From assembly GCA_963714085.1 (NCBI GenBank), contig OY970229.1, forward strand, positions 1,216,001-1,280,000: a stretch of DNA of 64,000 bases, in the 5' to 3' direction. Shown piece after piece: positions 1 through 8,770 of this stretch (positions within the stretch are counted from its first letter, which is position 1; each line of letters starts with the position of its first letter). Under the pieces are notes generated by a model. It saw only the letters and a program-made list of their open reading frames with translations, did no database searches and was not told the DNA's origin. Origin of the DNA: an uncultured Candidatus Micrarchaeota archaeon. Its GTDB lineage: Archaea > Micrarchaeota > Micrarchaeia > Anstonellales > Bilamarchaeaceae. Both the position numbers and the translations under genes were made by a program.

Positions 1-240
1 CTCCACCACCGCGTCGTCCGAGAATTCCGCTTCCATCCCGACCGCCGCGGCGCTCTCGCGCAGGCGCTCGAGGTTGAGCCACGGATGGAAGATGGAAAGC
101 CGGCCGTCGTTCTTGATTATGCTCATGCCCTCGAACACCGCGTGGCCGTAATGGAGCGAGGCCGAAAGCAGGGGGATTCCCATCTCCCCAAGCGGCATGA
201 ACCTCTCCAGGTCAAGCGATGCGAAAATGCGCCTGTTCAT
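1..240 (-). CDS. ilvE: Class IV aminotransferase (branched-chain amino acid aminotransferase-like), N-terminal part; runs off the window
   Basis: Manual translation from ATG at 240: MNRRIFASLDLERFMPLGEMESPLLSASLHYGHAVFEGMSII...LNLERLRESA. LHYG.xVFEG and the RL..SA pattern match class IV aminotransferases. Not in the ORF track. Confidence 0.75.
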   Translation of the reverse strand, partial: MNRRIFASLDLERFMPLGEMGIPLLSASLHYGHAVFEGMSIIKNDGRLSIFHPWLNLERLRESAAAVGMEAEFSDDAVVE

Positions 241-617
241 CCCAATCACTTATAACTTTTTTATAAATAATGTAGAATTTATATACATTCCTGTGATTTC
301 TCTATATTTTATATCTTATTAAGATATTTTTTAACACTAAAACATGGGTGATTCTGCTGTTTTAATAAAAATCCTGCGAGCCTTCGAATGGGCCGCTTTA
401 GGGCAGATGAGCTTCAGAAAAAGTGGGAACAAGACGGGAAGCAGTAAGCATCATAAGGTGCGACCCTTCTGATTTGGCTTCCCGCCTTGTTAATTATATA
501 AAATAATACACTTTTTATAGCTTTGTGTTCGGGGTTGTAGGGTTGTCGTACGCTCCGTATCAGGCCAAGACGAGCCGCTATATTCCTATTTTATTCGTTT
601 CCCCCTCAATCCACTCC

Positions 618-905
618 ATGGAAGTCCGCCATCTGGTGAAGCCGCCGCACAGCAAATCCCTCAAAAGCGCCCGCGTCACGCTCGCTCCTGGCGAGGAGGT
701 CGGCGAGCACGTCACTGAGGAACGCGAAGAAGTGATTACTATTCTTAAAGGCAAGGCGCAGCTGGCGCTGGATGGCAATACGATTTCGCTTTCAGAAGGT
801 GAGTCCCATTTCATCCCGGAAGGCACGCGGCACAACGTGAAAAACGAATCAAAAGAACCGCTCGACTACGTTTACGTGGTCTCTATTTTTGCGCCACGTA
901 GGTGA
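618..905 (+). CDS. Cupin domain protein
   Basis: LAPGEEVGEH...EEVITILKG...GESHFIPEGTRHNVKN cupin motifs; ATG at 618 preferred over the upstream GTG. Confidence 0.85.
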   Translation: MEVRHLVKPPHSKSLKSARVTLAPGEEVGEHVTEEREEVITILKGKAQLALDGNTISLSEGESHFIPEGTRHNVKNESKEPLDYVYVVSIFAPRR

Positions 906-1635
906 AGAACTCCACGTCCTCCGGGCGATAGGACTCCTTGTAATCGCCGAACGTCCTTATCTCTCCGAATCCCGCTTCCTGCAGCAGGCCGCGGAGCTCG
1001 CCTCTTTTGAACGGGTACATCCCGAGCTCCCCCATGTCCCCTGTCTGCAGGTGCTCGTATTCCATCACGACTAGGTCCGGGTCCGCATGCACCAGCCTGC
1101 AGGCGACCTTGTCGATCCCGCAATAGACATATTCGCCGCTCTGGTAGAACCTTCCCCCGAGTATCCTCGGGTAATTCCTTTCGTCTATCATCAGCACCCC
1201 TTCCCTGCGGAGCAGCTCCCTGAAATTCCTGAGCACCTTTAGCTGCTCGTCATGGCCGAACACCATCGTCAGGGCATTCCCCAGGCAGGTGACGACATCG
1301 AACATATTCGGGATGGATGATGCCGCCACCCGCCAGTCGCAGGAGGTCGTGAACAGCTTCACATGGTTCTTTTCCGCTTCCAGGCGCGCTACCCTGAGCA
1401 TCTCGGCGTCTATCTCGTTTGAAAGTATATTGCTCACGCCCGAGAGTTTCAGGCCTATTGTCGTGGCGCCTGTCCCGAGGCATGCGTCGAATACGCGAGG
1501 GTCGGGGTTTCCCGAGTGCCTGAGTATGAACGGGACCTCCTTTCCCATCCTCCGCTCCAGGCATACGAAATCCGGCCATATCCTGGCGATCCTCTCCGCG
1601 TTCCCGGGTCCGGTTTTGCTTGTCTTACATTTCAT
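883..1635 (-). CDS. Class I SAM methyltransferase, glycine/sarcosine N-methyltransferase-like (copy 1)
   Basis: VFDACLGTG (motif I), DVVTCLGNALT, IDERNYPRIL, YVYCG and C-terminal FGDYKESY..DVEFFTYVAQK follow the GSMT family pattern. Confidence 0.8.
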   Translation of the reverse strand: MKCKTSKTGPGNAERIARIWPDFVCLERRMGKEVPFILRHSGNPDPRVFDACLGTGATTIGLKLSGVSNILSNEIDAEMLRVARLEAEKNHVKLFTTSCDWRVAASSIPNMFDVVTCLGNALTMVFGHDEQLKVLRNFRELLRREGVLMIDERNYPRILGGRFYQSGEYVYCGIDKVACRLVHADPDLVVMEYEHLQTGDMGELGMYPFKRGELRGLLQEAGFGEIRTFGDYKESYRPEDVEFFTYVAQK

Positions 1636-1728
1636 GTTGATTTATGTAGCTAATCTCTTTAATATAAATAACTCGATATTTTTGTTCCAAAACGATAATA
1701 TTATATGGATATTTTACATAATAGCTCC

Positions 1729-2682
1729 ATGGTTGGCCTGAAAGACCTGGACAGGAAAGACCGCTTGATACTCGCGGAGCTGGACAGGAACTGCAGGCAG
1801 AGCAATGCGGAGATCGCGCGGAAGCTCCGGCTCGGCAAGCACGTCGTCTCCTACAGGATAGCGCAGCTCGAGAAAAAGGGCGTCATAACGAACTATTACG
1901 CGGTCATCGACATGTCCAGGCTCGGCTGGCAGTCCTACCGCATATACCTGAAGCTCGCGCCGATGGAGGAGAAGGAGCACCGGCTGCTGCTCGACCACCT
2001 GACCGGCTCCCAGAGCACCTGGTGGATCGGGGAGATGGACGGCCAGTGGGACCTGGGAGTCGTCGTCTGGGTGCCGGGCCATTACGAGTTCGAGAGATTC
2101 TGGAATGCTTTCGTGGAGAAATTCCAGCCGTTCATAGAACAGAGCAGGGTGTCGGTCTACCTGCGCATGCACGCCTATTCGCAGGCCTCCTTCACAGGAG
2201 ATGCGGCGGATAGAAAAGAATACCTGACCGGCGCCGGGACAAAGGCGGATGTGGACGAAGTTGATTTGAAGATCCTCCGCGTGGTCTCGGGCCAGGGGAG
2301 GCTCGGGACGCTTGAAATCGCCAGGCTGACCGGCCTGACCCCGGTGCAGGTCGCCTACCGCATGAAGAAGATCGTCAAGAGCAGGATAATAGCCGGTTTC
2401 AGGGTCAACACCCTCCTCGACGACCTGACCTTCTACAAGGCCGACTTCCAACTGAAAAGCATGAGAAAGAAGCAGGAGATGCTCGCATTCGCTTCGTCCG
2501 ATGTATGGAGCGCGTACGTGGACGAGACCATCGGGTTCGCAGACTTCGAAATGGGGCTGCTCTGCCCGTCCTACCAGGACTTCAAGCGCTCAGTTGGGCG
2601 CTTCAGGAAGAGGTTCTTCGCCGAGATACGCGGTTACAATTTCGAGATTTACAGCCGTATCGTCAAAATACGCTACTTCTGA
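1729..2682 (+). CDS. Lrp/AsnC family regulator with two tandem HTH-RAM units
   Basis: LDRKDRLILAELDRNCRQSNAEIARKL and a second unit VDEVDLKILRVV...TLEIARLTG...VAYRMKK. Confidence 0.9.
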   Translation: MVGLKDLDRKDRLILAELDRNCRQSNAEIARKLRLGKHVVSYRIAQLEKKGVITNYYAVIDMSRLGWQSYRIYLKLAPMEEKEHRLLLDHLTGSQSTWWIGEMDGQWDLGVVVWVPGHYEFERFWNAFVEKFQPFIEQSRVSVYLRMHAYSQASFTGDAADRKEYLTGAGTKADVDEVDLKILRVVSGQGRLGTLEIARLTGLTPVQVAYRMKKIVKSRIIAGFRVNTLLDDLTFYKADFQLKSMRKKQEMLAFASSDVWSAYVDETIGFADFEMGLLCPSYQDFKRSVGRFRKRFFAEIRGYNFEIYSRIVKIRYF

Positions 2683-2687
2683 ACCAT

Positions 2688-3467
2688 TCACTGTTTTCGC
2701 GCCACGTACGTGAAGAACTCGACATCCTTCGGGTTATACGGCTCTTCTTTGTAATCCCCGAATAACTGGATCCGTCCGAATCCCGCTTCATGCAAAAGGG
2801 CGAGAAGCTCGCCTGTCTTGAAGGGGTATGTCTCGACCTCGACCTTATCTCCTGTCCCAAGATACCTGTACTCCATGACGACCGATCCGCTCGACGCCCG
2901 CACCAGCCTGGGAACGACCTTGTCGATCCCGCAATAGACGTACTTGCCGCTCGGGTTGAACCTTCCTTCGAGTATGCTCGGATAGTTGCGCGTATCGATT
3001 ATAAGCGCTCCTTTCGGTGTGAGGAGCGATGCGAAGTTCTTGAGCGACCTGAGCCGCGCATCCCTGTCGAAAACACGGGCAAAGGAATCCCCGAAGCAGG
3101 TGACCATGCCGAAGAGGCCATGCAGGTGCTGCGGGATGTCCGTCCATTCGTGTGAGAGCGCCTTTATGCTCACGCCCCTTTTCGCAGCCTCTGAAACCCC
3201 GACGTCGAGCATGTCCTGGTTCGTCTCGTTCGGGAGCACGTTGGCGATCTCCTTCAGCCTGAGCCCGATGGTGGTCGCCCCGCAGCCGAGGCAGGCATCG
3301 AAAACCAGGGGTTTCCGCCCCGGGACCTGGCTCGCTATGAATGGAACTTCTGTTTTCATCCTTTCCTCTATGTTCACGTAATCCGGCCACATCCTCGCTA
3401 TTTTTTTGGAATCGGATCGTCTGTCGCGTGCGAATGAACCGTCCTGCCGCTTCGTATATTCCTGCAT
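2688..3467 (-). CDS. Class I SAM methyltransferase, glycine/sarcosine N-methyltransferase-like (copy 2)
   Basis: Paralog of 883-1635: VFDACLGCG, VTCFGDSF, IDTRNYPSIL, YVYCGIDKV, DVEFFTYVARK. Confidence 0.8.
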   Translation of the reverse strand: MQEYTKRQDGSFARDRRSDSKKIARMWPDYVNIEERMKTEVPFIASQVPGRKPLVFDACLGCGATTIGLRLKEIANVLPNETNQDMLDVGVSEAAKRGVSIKALSHEWTDIPQHLHGLFGMVTCFGDSFARVFDRDARLRSLKNFASLLTPKGALIIDTRNYPSILEGRFNPSGKYVYCGIDKVVPRLVRASSGSVVMEYRYLGTGDKVEVETYPFKTGELLALLHEAGFGRIQLFGDYKEEPYNPKDVEFFTYVARKQ

Positions 3468-3570
3468 ACGCCGTTATTTGTGGCAGATTATTTAAAAAAG
3501 TTGTCTTTGCGCCGACCGCGGAAATCCACCCGGCTCATGCTTATAAACGGGGTCCTGCCAATTGTGCGCT

Positions 3571-4371
3571 ATGCTCGGCCATCTCATCTCCTTCCGCTCG
3601 GACCCGGAGCGCATCCTCTTCTGGAAAAAGGAGGAGACATGCGAGATGGAGCTTCCTGGCAAAGAGCTGCACATGCGCTTCTCGGATTCCATCCTATGCA
3701 CCGGATACCGCGACCTGGAGGGCATATACCGCTGCCCGCACGGCATCCGCGGCATGAAGCAGTGCGCCCACTGCAAGAACCGGGATATCTTGAAGGTGTA
3801 CACGCGGCTCGATTTCACTGGCTACGAGAGCATGAAGGACGAGTATGTGCAGCAGGAGTTCAGCGTCTACTTGGCCGGGTTCGGCGATTCGATCGTGAAA
3901 TGCGGGGTCACGCGCAGCGCTCGCGTGGAGGAGAGGACGCATGAGCAGGGCGCGGACTTCTGGGTCGAGCTCATGCGGTTCGACAACGGAGAGAACGCAT
4001 ACATGGCAGAAAACGCGCTGCAGCAGAAATTCGGGCTCCGCAATTTCGTGCGCAACAGCACCAAGCTCGAGCTCCTCGGGAAGCCCAAATCAAAACTTGC
4101 GCTGGAAGCGAAGGTGAAGGAGATAGTATCGCAGAACGTCCCGGGCGGAGCGCTGGACGGCATCGGAAGCGTGCTTGACGGAGCGGAGATAAGGGAGAAC
4201 TCGTATCCGGTCCCGCAATCGTTCGAGATATCCACCTCGATAGACGGCAAAATCACAGGCTCCAAGGCGCAGATGCTCTTCTACGAGAAGGAAGGGAAAC
4301 ACTTCGTTGTGCCCATGAGCGACGCGATAGGACGGGTTTTCCTGCTCAAAGAGCGCGGATCAAGCGAATAG
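3571..4371 (+). CDS. DUF2797 family protein (Zn-binding, GIY-YIG-like core)
   Basis: CTG...CP...QCAHC, VYLA, KCGVTR...RTHEQGA motifs. Confidence 0.75.
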   Translation: MLGHLISFRSDPERILFWKKEETCEMELPGKELHMRFSDSILCTGYRDLEGIYRCPHGIRGMKQCAHCKNRDILKVYTRLDFTGYESMKDEYVQQEFSVYLAGFGDSIVKCGVTRSARVEERTHEQGADFWVELMRFDNGENAYMAENALQQKFGLRNFVRNSTKLELLGKPKSKLALEAKVKEIVSQNVPGGALDGIGSVLDGAEIRENSYPVPQSFEISTSIDGKITGSKAQMLFYEKEGKHFVVPMSDAIGRVFLLKERGSSE

Positions 4372-4818
4372 CCTCTTGATAGAGACTCCTATGAGCTGGC
4401 TCGCCACGAGCACCAGCCCCGTGACGATGAGGTGCTCCGCCACCACGCGTCCGGTGTCCATCCGGTAGGATTTCGCGATGAGGTAGCTCAGCACCGCTAT
4501 GACGCCCAGTCCGTAGACGACCGACGCTGCGATCGCATAGTCCAGGGGGAGAATCACCACTAGCGCTATTATCACGAGGGATATGGCCAGCCGCGTCATG
4601 TAGTTGGAGAGCGTGCTGAGCTTGGTATGGGCCCTGGACTTGGATTCGGAGTAGATGTGCATCCCGAGAGAGTCCGCGATGTTGTCCGCGAAGGCGATGA
4701 CCAGCAGCGCGCCTATTATCCCTATCTTGGAGACCGCCAGCTGGTTGAGCCCGATGAGCAAGGCCAGGCAGCTGGTGACAGCCGAAGTCGCGCCGAAGCT
4801 GAATCTGCTTAAGTCCAT
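4360..4818 (-). CDS. VIT1/CCC1-like metal transporter membrane protein
   Basis: SFGATSA...IAFADNIADSLGMHIYSES with about five hydrophobic helices. Confidence 0.7.
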   Translation of the reverse strand: MDLSRFSFGATSAVTSCLALLIGLNQLAVSKIGIIGALLVIAFADNIADSLGMHIYSESKSRAHTKLSTLSNYMTRLAISLVIIALVVILPLDYAIAASVVYGLGVIAVLSYLIAKSYRMDTGRVVAEHLIVTGLVLVASQLIGVSIKRLFA

Positions 4819-4864
4819 GGTTGGATAACAGGGATTAGATATTAGATACTTCCGGACCGGCGCT

Positions 4865-5644
4865 CTATGCCTCTTCCAAAGGAGGGGCTGTAGTCATGAA
4901 TCTGCAATAGGTGGCGGTTTTTGGTTCAAAATAATCGATGCGTACGGGAAGTTCTCCGTCCATCAGCGCGAAAAGACGTAAGTTCGCCAGATGACTCATG
5001 CAAACGCCTGTCGGTTCGCTGAGCGAAGGTCTCGGTTCGTGATCGAATATATCCAAGGTATTCTCCCAGGTAGGGGGGAAATCGGCAAAAGATTGCGGGT
5101 GGAAGTCGTTCAAAATCTGCTCCTGGGATGGAGCAGGAGTCAGGACGGCGAAATGCTTCTGCCCTATAAGGCCCGTTTCTCTCAGGGCTTCCGTAAGCCC
5201 TCTGCTTGCGTCATGGCTGATCAAACGCTGGACGATGCGGACGATCTGTCCGCATACGGTGTCTATATGCGGTTCGACGTAACCGAGGTCGAAAACCTCT
5301 TTTTCGGTCAGGACCTGGCCGAGCTGGAGGCGGGCATCCGAGAAAAAATGCCTTCTCCGCTGTTCGAAGCCGTCCGTTCCATTCCCTATGAAAGCGACCG
5401 TATGAGCGAACCGGCGGGCTTCGTACGAAGCGTCGGTGCCAGGGAAACGTTCCGCGAACCCGGCGGAACCAGCCCGGCTCATCAGCAGGAGGTCCACCGA
5501 TCTTTTGCCGCTCTGATCGCTGTACGCATTGTCGACCAGTAGGAGCCGGGGCACGAAAATCTTTTTCGGATCGCGGTTTTTTGCGGGCGCATCCAGCAAG
5601 CGCGCTATCTCAGAAGCCATCAAATCCCCCAAGTACGACAACAC
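4865..5644 (-). CDS. Hypothetical protein, paralog B of 5769-6494
   Basis: 259-aa ORF sharing MASE..RL, DPKK.F.PRLL.VD, LGQVLTEK..FDLGYV.PH.DTVC and LRE.GLIGQK.FA with the neighbouring gene. Confidence 0.7.
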   Translation of the reverse strand: MLSYLGDLMASEIARLLDAPAKNRDPKKIFVPRLLLVDNAYSDQSGKRSVDLLLMSRAGSAGFAERFPGTDASYEARRFAHTVAFIGNGTDGFEQRRRHFFSDARLQLGQVLTEKEVFDLGYVEPHIDTVCGQIVRIVQRLISHDASRGLTEALRETGLIGQKHFAVLTPAPSQEQILNDFHPQSFADFPPTWENTLDIFDHEPRPSLSEPTGVCMSHLANLRLFALMDGELPVRIDYFEPKTATYCRFMTTAPPLEEA

Positions 5645-5696
5645 AGTGAGAATATTTAAAGATGCTGATTTTTACCATCTTGGGCGACTTTTACGA
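5641..5696 (-). repeat. Duplicated upstream/promoter segment (second copy at 6496-6550)
   Basis: acacagtgaRaatatttaaa...tttttacMatcttgggcgactttYacg precedes both paralogs and contains a TATA-like tttaaata on the minus strand. Confidence 0.8.
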
Positions 5697-5707
5697 TGAT
5701 AGGCTCT

Positions 5708-5733
5708 TACCAGTCCACCTTCTCCAGCCTTCC
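5708..5733. repeat. 26-bp exact direct repeat of the tyw3 3' end (other copy at 7149-7174)
   Basis: taccagtccaccttctccagccttcc occurs at both sites and encodes GRLEKVDW-stop on the minus strand. Confidence 0.9.
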
Positions 5734-5768
5734 CAGTAAATCGTGCTTTTTGTAGCGGCTACAGCTGA

Positions 5769-6494
5769 TTATCCTTCCAAAGGCGGAACGCTGGTACAGA
5801 ACCCATTGGAAATGCTGGTTCCTGGAACGTGGTAAGCGCCACCGACAAAAAATCCATCTCCCTTGCGCCCAAAAAGGTATAGCTGTATTGGATGAGATTC
5901 GCAAACTAATTTCGGTATGTTTTCATGGTCGGATTCGTGATCCAACACATCCAAAGTATGTTCCCATGTCCCTGTCAAATCATGATGCATCGTGGCAAAA
6001 TATTTTTGGCCGATGAGGCCTGCTTCTCTCAGGGTCTCGGTCAGTTCGCTGCGTTTGCCGTGTTTGCATAGATACTCAGCAACGCGGGCGATCTGTCTGC
6101 ATACGGTGTCCATGTGCGGGTCGACATAACCCAGGTCAAAAGCCTGTTTTTCGGTTAAAACACGGCCGAGCTGGAAATTGGTACCCGGAAAATGGTGCGT
6201 TTTCGTATGCGGGTAGTCCCCTGCTCCATTCCCCATAGACGCAAGTGCATTGTCATGGGCGAATTGTAAAGCGGCAGTAATATCGGTAACTTCCGGAAAG
6301 CGTTGTCTGAACTCCGCAGAAGCTGCCCGGTTCATAAGCACGAGATTTACCGTTGTTTTTCCAGCTGCCACATCATGAGTTGCACCATCAACTATGAGGA
6401 GCCGGGGTCCGAAAACCTTTTTCGGGTCTGGATTTTTTGCGGATGATTCTATCAATCGCAATACTTCTGAAGCCATTAAAAACACCGAATCCAT
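5769..6494 (-). CDS. Hypothetical protein, paralog A of 4865-5644
   Basis: 241-aa ORF, visibly collinear with 4865-5644. Confidence 0.7.
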   Translation of the reverse strand: MDSVFLMASEVLRLIESSAKNPDPKKVFGPRLLIVDGATHDVAAGKTTVNLVLMNRAASAEFRQRFPEVTDITAALQFAHDNALASMGNGAGDYPHTKTHHFPGTNFQLGRVLTEKQAFDLGYVDPHMDTVCRQIARVAEYLCKHGKRSELTETLREAGLIGQKYFATMHHDLTGTWEHTLDVLDHESDHENIPKLVCESHPIQLYLFGRKGDGFFVGGAYHVPGTSISNGFCTSVPPLEG

Positions 6495-6628
6495 TACACA
6501 GTGAAAATATTTAAATATACCAGTTTTTACAATCTTGGGCGACTTTCACGGGTGCGTCCGCGGATATTTGTCATTGTAGTACCTATTCTCATAAGCCATC
6601 AAACTGTTTTTGGCGATAAGGTCCGGTT

Positions 6629-7090
6629 TTATTCGTTTGTATCCTCGTCGCCATCCTGCCTGGGGCGCCTGCACCGTATTATTCCATGCCTGCGCATCCT
6701 TACCAGCGCTTCCTCCACGCAAATCCGGACCGTCAACGGTTTTTTCAAGGCCTCCTCCGGGTTGCCTCCGGTTTCCTCCATCGCGACCCGGAGTTCTCTG
6801 ATTTCCCACCGGCTGGCTTCGCTGGTCGGCCCTTTCCTGGTGAATGGCACCAAGTGCTTGGGAAACGCCTTGCCTGCCACCAGATCCATGGCGTCGGCCG
6901 CTGCGGCGCTTATCTCCTCAGGTTTCGCATCAGGCCCGTTTATGAGTATGGCTTCTGTCAGCACCCTGTCCCGCAATCCCCGCACCGCAGCATCGAGCCT
7001 GCGCCTCAAGTTCGGGTCTTCTCTCACTTTCTCGAGCATCGCTGCCGCCAGCCTTTGGCGTTCTGGCGTCGTTTGTTCAACTTTGGCCAT
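6629..7090 (-). CDS. Hypothetical protein
   Basis: 153-aa ATG-started ORF preceded by an AT-rich TATA-like tract; no family recognised. Confidence 0.55.
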   Translation of the reverse strand: MAKVEQTTPERQRLAAAMLEKVREDPNLRRRLDAAVRGLRDRVLTEAILINGPDAKPEEISAAAADAMDLVAGKAFPKHLVPFTRKGPTSEASRWEIRELRVAMEETGGNPEEALKKPLTVRICVEEALVRMRRHGIIRCRRPRQDGDEDTNE

Positions 7091-7147
7091 ACTAGTTTAT
7101 ATAAAACAACATAATAAAAAGATTTGCGAAAGTTCATCAGCGCGGGC

Positions 7148-7699
7148 CTACCAGTCCACCTTCTCCAGCCTTCCAATCAGTTCCAGGTTCTTCTTCATCA
7201 TCCTGTTTGCCATGTCCAGTATGCCGTTCCACTCGCCTTCCATGGGCTCCACAGGGAACGACATGTAGCTGCTGCCCGAGACCTCGATTGCCACCCGGCT
7301 CTTGCCTATCGCCTGGATGCCGCCGCGCCTCACGCCGTTGGCCCGCATCCTCTTCACGAACGCGTCCGCTGTCCCGATATCCCTGGCAGCCACGTGCAGT
7401 ATGAACGGCTCGCATTTGAACCAGAGGGGGAGCTTCCCGGAATATGCGTTCAGCTTTATCTCGAAATCCTCGTGCTCCACGGGATTGTGCCATTTCGCGT
7501 AGTGTGACGACTCCCTCTTGCCCTTGTCTATGTCGTAGACCAATAGATCTATCCTTCCTGAGCAGGAGGAGAGCGTCACGAGGTCCGGATTCGAATTGAG
7601 GATGTCCAATAGCTTGACCGCCGGGGCGTCCACCTTGCCTTCGGAGAGCGCCTTCTTGTAGGAAGCGAGGCGGCTCTTCCTATAAGTCGTCCACGACAT
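7148..7699 (-). CDS. taw3: tRNA(Phe) wybutosine methyltransferase Taw3/Tyw3
   Basis: KVD....LLDILN...VTLSSCSGRI, KWH, EPFILHV are Tyw3 signatures; start at ATG 7699 (MSWTTY). Confidence 0.9.
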   Translation of the reverse strand: MSWTTYRKSRLASYKKALSEGKVDAPAVKLLDILNSNPDLVTLSSCSGRIDLLVYDIDKGKRESSHYAKWHNPVEHEDFEIKLNAYSGKLPLWFKCEPFILHVAARDIGTADAFVKRMRANGVRRGGIQAIGKSRVAIEVSGSSYMSFPVEPMEGEWNGILDMANRMMKKNLELIGRLEKVDW

Positions 7700-8279
7700 G
7701 ATGAGCCCCCAGGAAATTGCCGAGGATCCGCTCGCCGTGCTCAGTGTGCCAGACCTCGGGATGGAACTGCACGCCGAAGATTTCCTTTTCCTCATGGCAC
7801 ATGGCCTCCACCGGGCAGGTGTCGGAGTGCGCGAGCGTCACGAATCCCTCGGGCGCTTCCTTGACCTCGTCGAAATGCGACACCCACGCGTTGAACGTCT
7901 TCGGCACGTCCATGAACAGCCCGTCCTTCTCGTCCACGTATATCTCGGATATCCCGTACTCGGCGTTCACGCCCTTGGCCACCCTCGCGCCCGCCAGCTG
8001 GCCGATTAGCTGGTGGCCGTAGCAGATGCCGAGGAGCGGCTTGTTGAGGCTGCCGTCCAGTATTTTCTTCACTATGACCTCGCTCAGGCCGTTGTTCCCG
8101 GCATACACCGAGCCAGGCCCGCCGCTCAGGATGATCTTCTCTATCTTCTTCTGGTTGGGTGCGACCGAGCGCTCGTAGGACGAGGAGTTATTCACGATCT
8201 GCGATTCGTAGCCCATGTCGCGGCAGTTGCGCATTATCAGGTGGGTGTACTGGGAGCCGTTGTCTATTATGAGGATCAT
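7680..8279 (-). CDS. guaAA: GMP synthase, glutamine amidotransferase subunit A
   Basis: IIDNGSQYTHLI, SGGP, LGICYGHQ, SHFDEV, GVQFHPEV. Confidence 0.92.
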   Translation of the reverse strand: MILIIDNGSQYTHLIMRNCRDMGYESQIVNNSSSYERSVAPNQKKIEKIILSGGPGSVYAGNNGLSEVIVKKILDGSLNKPLLGICYGHQLIGQLAGARVAKGVNAEYGISEIYVDEKDGLFMDVPKTFNAWVSHFDEVKEAPEGFVTLAHSDTCPVEAMCHEEKEIFGVQFHPEVWHTEHGERILGNFLGAHHVVDDL

Positions 8280-8430
8280 GAACGGTGTTTTGCGGCTTAA
8301 TTATATAATACGTGGCTCCAATAAGCGGTTTTCAGCACCAAAAGGCATCATTAAAAACCTTTCTAAATTAACTATAGCGATACCGGAGAAGGCTAGCTTT
8401 AATGCTGCGGTACGTTCCAGGTGGTCCTGC

Positions 8431-8682
8431 TTGAAGAAGAAGGTCGCTAAAACAATCGATGTGCTATCTCACGGGCTCGTTCCCGAGATGTCGGTGCTCT
8501 CATCTGATGAGAAGGCCAAGGTGCTCAAGAAGTACGGCATCAGCGAAAGCCAGCTGCCGGTGCTTCTGGACACCGACCCTACAGCCGTGGCGTTGAAGGC
8601 CTCGGCCGGGGACCTCGTGAAGATAACGCGCGAAGGGGAGACTGGGAAGTACGTCAACTACAGGATTGTGGTCTCGCAGTGA
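8431..8682 (+). CDS. rpo5: RNA polymerase subunit Rpo5 (H)
   Basis: H.LVPE..VLS, QLP.L...DP, GDLVKITR, YRIVV; TTG start with aggtgg RBS; first gene of the RNAP operon. Confidence 0.93.
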   Translation: MKKKVAKTIDVLSHGLVPEMSVLSSDEKAKVLKKYGISESQLPVLLDTDPTAVALKASAGDLVKITREGETGKYVNYRIVVSQ

Positions 8683-8770
8683 GGCGCTGCGTTTGCATTC
8701 GTGGGATAACGGTTCGGTTCAGGCATCCTTGCCGGAACACGAAACCTAAAAATCAAAACAGGGTGTATGG

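Noticed and set aside
5707..5904. 65-aa ORF ending in GRLEKVDW
   Set aside because: Chimera of an off-frame paralog tail and the duplicated tyw3 end; treated as a repeat, not a gene.
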